In this document: positions 26,677-29,332 of the stretch, in pieces
Numbering within the stretch: the first letter of the stretch is position 1
Layout of the letters: the number at the start of each line of letters is the position of its first letter
Source of the DNA: a virus
DNA: 29,332 bases
Reading direction: 5' to 3' (one strand)
IMG/VR virus record: IMGVR_UViG_3300049445_000358
Translations under genes and position numbers: made by a program
Notes under the pieces: generated by a model
Databases searched by the model: none
What the model saw: only the letters and a program-made list of their open reading frames with translations
What the model was told of the DNA's origin: nothing

Positions 26677-26826
26677 GTACCATTGACCATCAGCTGGTCG
26701 CCGATGCCAGTGGGTTCACCCTGTACTCCATTTTTGCCCTCCAGCCAAAAAACCATTTCCCGCCCAGTACAGCGATTTGCGCTTGGCTGCCAGGCAAAAA
26801 ACTCTTAAATGCCCTAAAAATAACGC

Positions 26827-26855
26827 TTGATTCCAAATTAGAACCCCTATATAAT
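26827..26855 (+). promoter_or_regulatory. Sigma70-type early promoter
   Basis: TTGATT-N17-TATAAT with A-tracts upstream. Confidence 0.85.
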
Positions 26856-26916
26856 TATCACAATAACAATAAGAAACCAATTAACCCAAACCCTCTTTAA
26901 CCTAGGGAACTGTAAC

Positions 26917-27147
26917 ATGTTGAAGATCGTAAAGTCCAACGGTTCGAAGAAGTACGAAGGTAACGTCGTCGTTACGGATGCGATGGCAGCCGCCGTCGAC
27001 CAGACCTTCAAGTCGAAGTTCGACGCGTTCTGCTACGGGATCGAGAACAACTGGTCGAAGAAGTCGATCATGAAGTACTGTCTCGACACGGAGAACAACC
27101 AGTACTTCCACAACTACTACACCAAGTACCAGGCCGCCCAAAAGTAA
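26917..27147 (+). CDS. Small early protein, paralog B (76 aa)
   Basis: Has its own promoter and terminator, uses C/G-ending codons, and is a paralog of 26253..26486. Confidence 0.9.
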   Translation: MLKIVKSNGSKKYEGNVVVTDAMAAAVDQTFKSKFDAFCYGIENNWSKKSIMKYCLDTENNQYFHNYYTKYQAAQK

Positions 27148-27163
27148 TTGGGCACAAAGGGGG

Positions 27164-27190
27164 AGGGGAGCTTCGGCTCCCCTTTCTTTT
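27164..27190 (+). terminator. Rho-independent terminator
   Basis: AGGGGAGC-TTCG-GCTCCCCT followed by TTCTTTT. Confidence 0.9.
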
Positions 27191-27376
27191 GTCTCCCTAA
27201 GGCCCGGCGGCTGGGTGTCCCCATACCCAACGCCACAGCTCACATCAGACCCTCGATAGGGCGCCGATGCCATAGGTCCAAAATAACCAACCGTTCACCT
27301 CAGCAATCTGAAAAACCATTTCTTGCCCAGTACATGAGTTTTGCCCGGTGTACTTTACGCCTCATAAAATACCCTA

Positions 27377-27406
27377 TTGATTTCCACTAGGAACATATGG
27401 TATAAT
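27377..27406 (+). promoter_or_regulatory. Sigma70-type early promoter with extended -10
   Basis: TTGATT-N18-TATAAT, with TGG immediately before the -10. Confidence 0.8.
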
Positions 27407-27454
27407 AAAAGAAAATAGCCTTTAACGTCTCATAACCAAAAGGCCAACGGTATC

Positions 27455-27616
27455 ATGGAATCAACTCACTACGGCGAACTCACAGCCCGGCAAACAGGTA
27501 TGGTCCGGGCACTCATCCAAGACCAGATTGACAGGGAGACCAATGAGACTATCATCAAGGAGCTCAAGGAGATCCTAGACATCTTCGGCGGACCTAGCGG
27601 CTCTGAGCAACATTAA
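27455..27616 (+). CDS. Small acidic early protein (53 aa)
   Basis: Not in the ORF track: MESTHYGELTARQTGMVRALIQDQIDRETNETIIKELKEILDIFGGPSGSEQH. It lies directly behind the promoter at 27377. Confidence 0.6.
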   Translation: MESTHYGELTARQTGMVRALIQDQIDRETNETIIKELKEILDIFGGPSGSEQH

Positions 27617-27655
27617 CAAAAGGCAAAAAACTCTGATTGCCCAAAAAATTCCCTA

Positions 27656-27684
27656 TTGAATCCAAATTAGAACTCCTATATAAT
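27656..27684 (+). promoter_or_regulatory. Sigma70-type early promoter (near copy of the 26827 promoter)
   Basis: TTGAAT-N17-TATAAT; the spacer CCAAATTAGAACTCCTA differs by one base from CCAAATTAGAACCCCTA. Confidence 0.85.
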
Positions 27685-27740
27685 TATCATAATAACAAAA
27701 AGAAACCAATAACCCAAAACCCCAACTTCGAGGAACCACG

Positions 27741-28142
27741 ATGTCCAACGAAACCGGAACCACAATGCTCACCATCATGCCGACGATCCGCGGGCGCAGC
27801 GGATCAGCCGTCGGGATCGTCCCCAGCAACGAGCAGGTCAAAGCAGCCCACGAGGGCCTGGTCAAACTCAACGAGAAGGGCGCGAACGTCACCCAGCTCG
27901 TCGAGTTCCTGCTGGATCTGGGCTGGAGCGTCTCGCCGATCTGCAAGATGGTTCGGTACCCGAGCGACAGCACCCGCGAGAACGGCCATAAGGCCGGCGA
28001 CCCGCTGCTCGCGCAGCACGTCAACCACATCAAGACTCGGTGGTTGGCCAACAAGCAGACCAAGGCGCCCGCAGTCGAGCCGGTGAAGGAGCCGGAAGCG
28101 CCGAAGGCACCGGCGGTGAGCGAGTTGCGCAAGACCAACTAG
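27741..28142 (+). CDS. Early protein, possible HTH-like DNA-binding protein
   Basis: 133 aa, SD GAGG, biased codons, own promoter and terminator-like hairpin. Contains 'VTQLVEFLLDLGWSVSPICKMV...QHVNHI'. Confidence 0.75.
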   Translation: MSNETGTTMLTIMPTIRGRSGSAVGIVPSNEQVKAAHEGLVKLNEKGANVTQLVEFLLDLGWSVSPICKMVRYPSDSTRENGHKAGDPLLAQHVNHIKTRWLANKQTKAPAVEPVKEPEAPKAPAVSELRKTN

Positions 28143-28150
28143 TTCACCAC

Positions 28151-28188
28151 GTACAGGGGAAGGAGGGTTCGCCCTCCTTCCTTTGTAC
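28151..28188 (+). terminator. Terminator-like hairpin
   Basis: GGAAGGAGGG-TTCG-CCCTCCTTCC followed by TTTGT. The U-tract is short, so read-through is possible. Confidence 0.7.
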
Positions 28189-28222
28189 CCAATACCCAAC
28201 CACCCCAAACCGAGTAAACCAG

Positions 28223-28426
28223 ATGTCAGTAGACGAGTTGAACAGAGAGTCAGAGCGTTACCTCCAACGTAACGCCAACACGATGCTGCCGGAAGAGCAT
28301 TTCCGTGCACGCATCAAACAGTTCGCCAGGGAACTCGAGCGGGTCCAAGCGCCACTTCCCTGCGAATCCCGGCAGTTTCTTCCAACGCAAGATCAAGGAG
28401 TAGGCGATGGAACTCAAGGTAGGTGA
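28223..28426 (+). CDS. Hypothetical protein (67 aa)
   Basis: ATG at 28223 (MSVDELNRESERYLQ...). It fills the gap before 28407 but has a weak SD. Confidence 0.45.
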   Translation: MSVDELNRESERYLQRNANTMLPEEHFRARIKQFARELERVQAPLPCESRQFLPTQDQGVGDGTQGR

Positions 28427-28946
28427 ACAGCAAATCCTGGAGAAGGCACTCCAGATGCTCCACGATCACAGCCGCGACGAGTTGCTCGAGAAGCGCCCGA
28501 TTCCCGGCGAGCATGCAGCCGTGATCGACTGCATGGACACAATCCGCAAGATCTTCGAGATCTGCCAGCGGAACGAGTTCGAGGTCGACGTGGACCTGGA
28601 ATTGAGCGACCAGCGGCCGGCTAAGCCGAATCGGCTGACCGACTTCACGATCTTCGGTTTCAACACCGGTCGTGCATACACCGAGAAAGGTCAGCGGATC
28701 TCTGTCGGCTACAAGCTCGATCCGACCGAGGAATCCGGAATCCTGGTGTTGTTCTGCGATCACGATCGCATGATCGACGGCCGGCTCAAAACCGAGAAGC
28801 TCAACGGCGCGATGAAGCTGTTCATCGAGAAGAACAATTGCCAGCGCGCCAAATACGTCATGGGCCTCTACGACAACGGAGCCTACCAGTACCACGTGCA
28901 GGCCAACTGGCTCGACGCGGAGGATTTCCCCGTAATCGCGCTGTAA
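28407..28946 (+). CDS. Hypothetical early protein
   Basis: 179 aa, SD AAGGAG, biased codons, followed by a terminator. Confidence 0.8.
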   Translation: MELKVGEQQILEKALQMLHDHSRDELLEKRPIPGEHAAVIDCMDTIRKIFEICQRNEFEVDVDLELSDQRPAKPNRLTDFTIFGFNTGRAYTEKGQRISVGYKLDPTEESGILVLFCDHDRMIDGRLKTEKLNGAMKLFIEKNNCQRAKYVMGLYDNGAYQYHVQANWLDAEDFPVIAL

Positions 28947-28963
28947 CGGCAGCAAAAGGAGGG

Positions 28964-28990
28964 AAGGCGGCTTCGGCCGCCTTTCTTTTT
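28964..28990 (+). terminator. Rho-independent terminator
   Basis: AAGGCGGC-TTCG-GCCGCCTT followed by TCTTTTT. Confidence 0.9.
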
Positions 28991-29332
28991 GCCTGCATGG
29001 GGGGCGTGCCTTCAGCTTTGCCTCCACGTTGACGGGCAGGGCCGCCCGGCCGCCTGTCAAACAGGGTTTTTCTGTATTGCCCACGGCCCTTTTCAAATGG
29101 CCTTCCCACGCTATGGCGGGACCTTAGGCACAGGGCGGTTGGTTGAACGCAGCAGAGAGCACGGAGGCAACTAAATGCACTTCCTCATCCCCCACGGGGC
29201 AACTCGTAACCAAACTAGGTTAACTTATTGAAATACAACAAGATAACGGATTCGGGGGGACGGTGTGGTTTGTATTTACCCTGTCAAAAAATGAACGTGG
29301 CTAATGTATTCCTGTTTATAAAGTTTTAACTG

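Noticed and set aside
26253-27147. Paralog pair as DGR template/variable repeats
   Set aside because: Differences are not confined to adenines, both copies are complete genes with their own signals, and no reverse transcriptase is in the window.
27653-29109. Minus-strand ORFs over the early genes
   Set aside because: They are antisense to + strand genes that have promoters, SD sequences and terminators.
29221-29233. IHF-like site (reverse complement TTTCAATAAGTTA)
   Set aside because: It has one mismatch to WATCAANNNNTTR in AT-rich DNA at the window edge, with no supporting context visible.

Overview
This window is about 29 kb of a tailed dsDNA phage (Caudoviricetes). The host is probably alphaproteobacterial; that is an inference from family resemblances recalled by eye. 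Bases 1-25955 form one leftward late/morphogenesis region. In transcription order it holds: a TerS-like gene, a lysis cluster (GH19-type endolysin, small membrane proteins, two lipoproteins), a fibre module, TerL, a T4-T-like TM+GAF protein, a TPR-glycosyltransferase, a SAM methyltransferase, the portal, an Ig-domain protein, a 1057-aa multidomain protease/scaffold, the major capsid protein and a truncated head-tail connector. The fibre module includes a 1381-aa ultra-acidic Ser/Thr-rich protein made of 20-aa repeats. From about 26190 the genes switch to the + strand as small promoter-gene-terminator cassettes. Two candidates for novel systems stand out. (1) At the strand switch, possibly the genome end, two paralogous small genes (44/76 aa identical) occur. 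The first is written in DNA with a single GpC in about 360 bp, and it is flanked by a 49-bp hairpin, twin 18-bp palindromes and GGCCCGG repeats. (2) A putative virion glycosylation/methylation module pairs a TPR-GT and an MTase with the mucin-like repeat fibre. All family assignments are motif recognition by eye, not database results.
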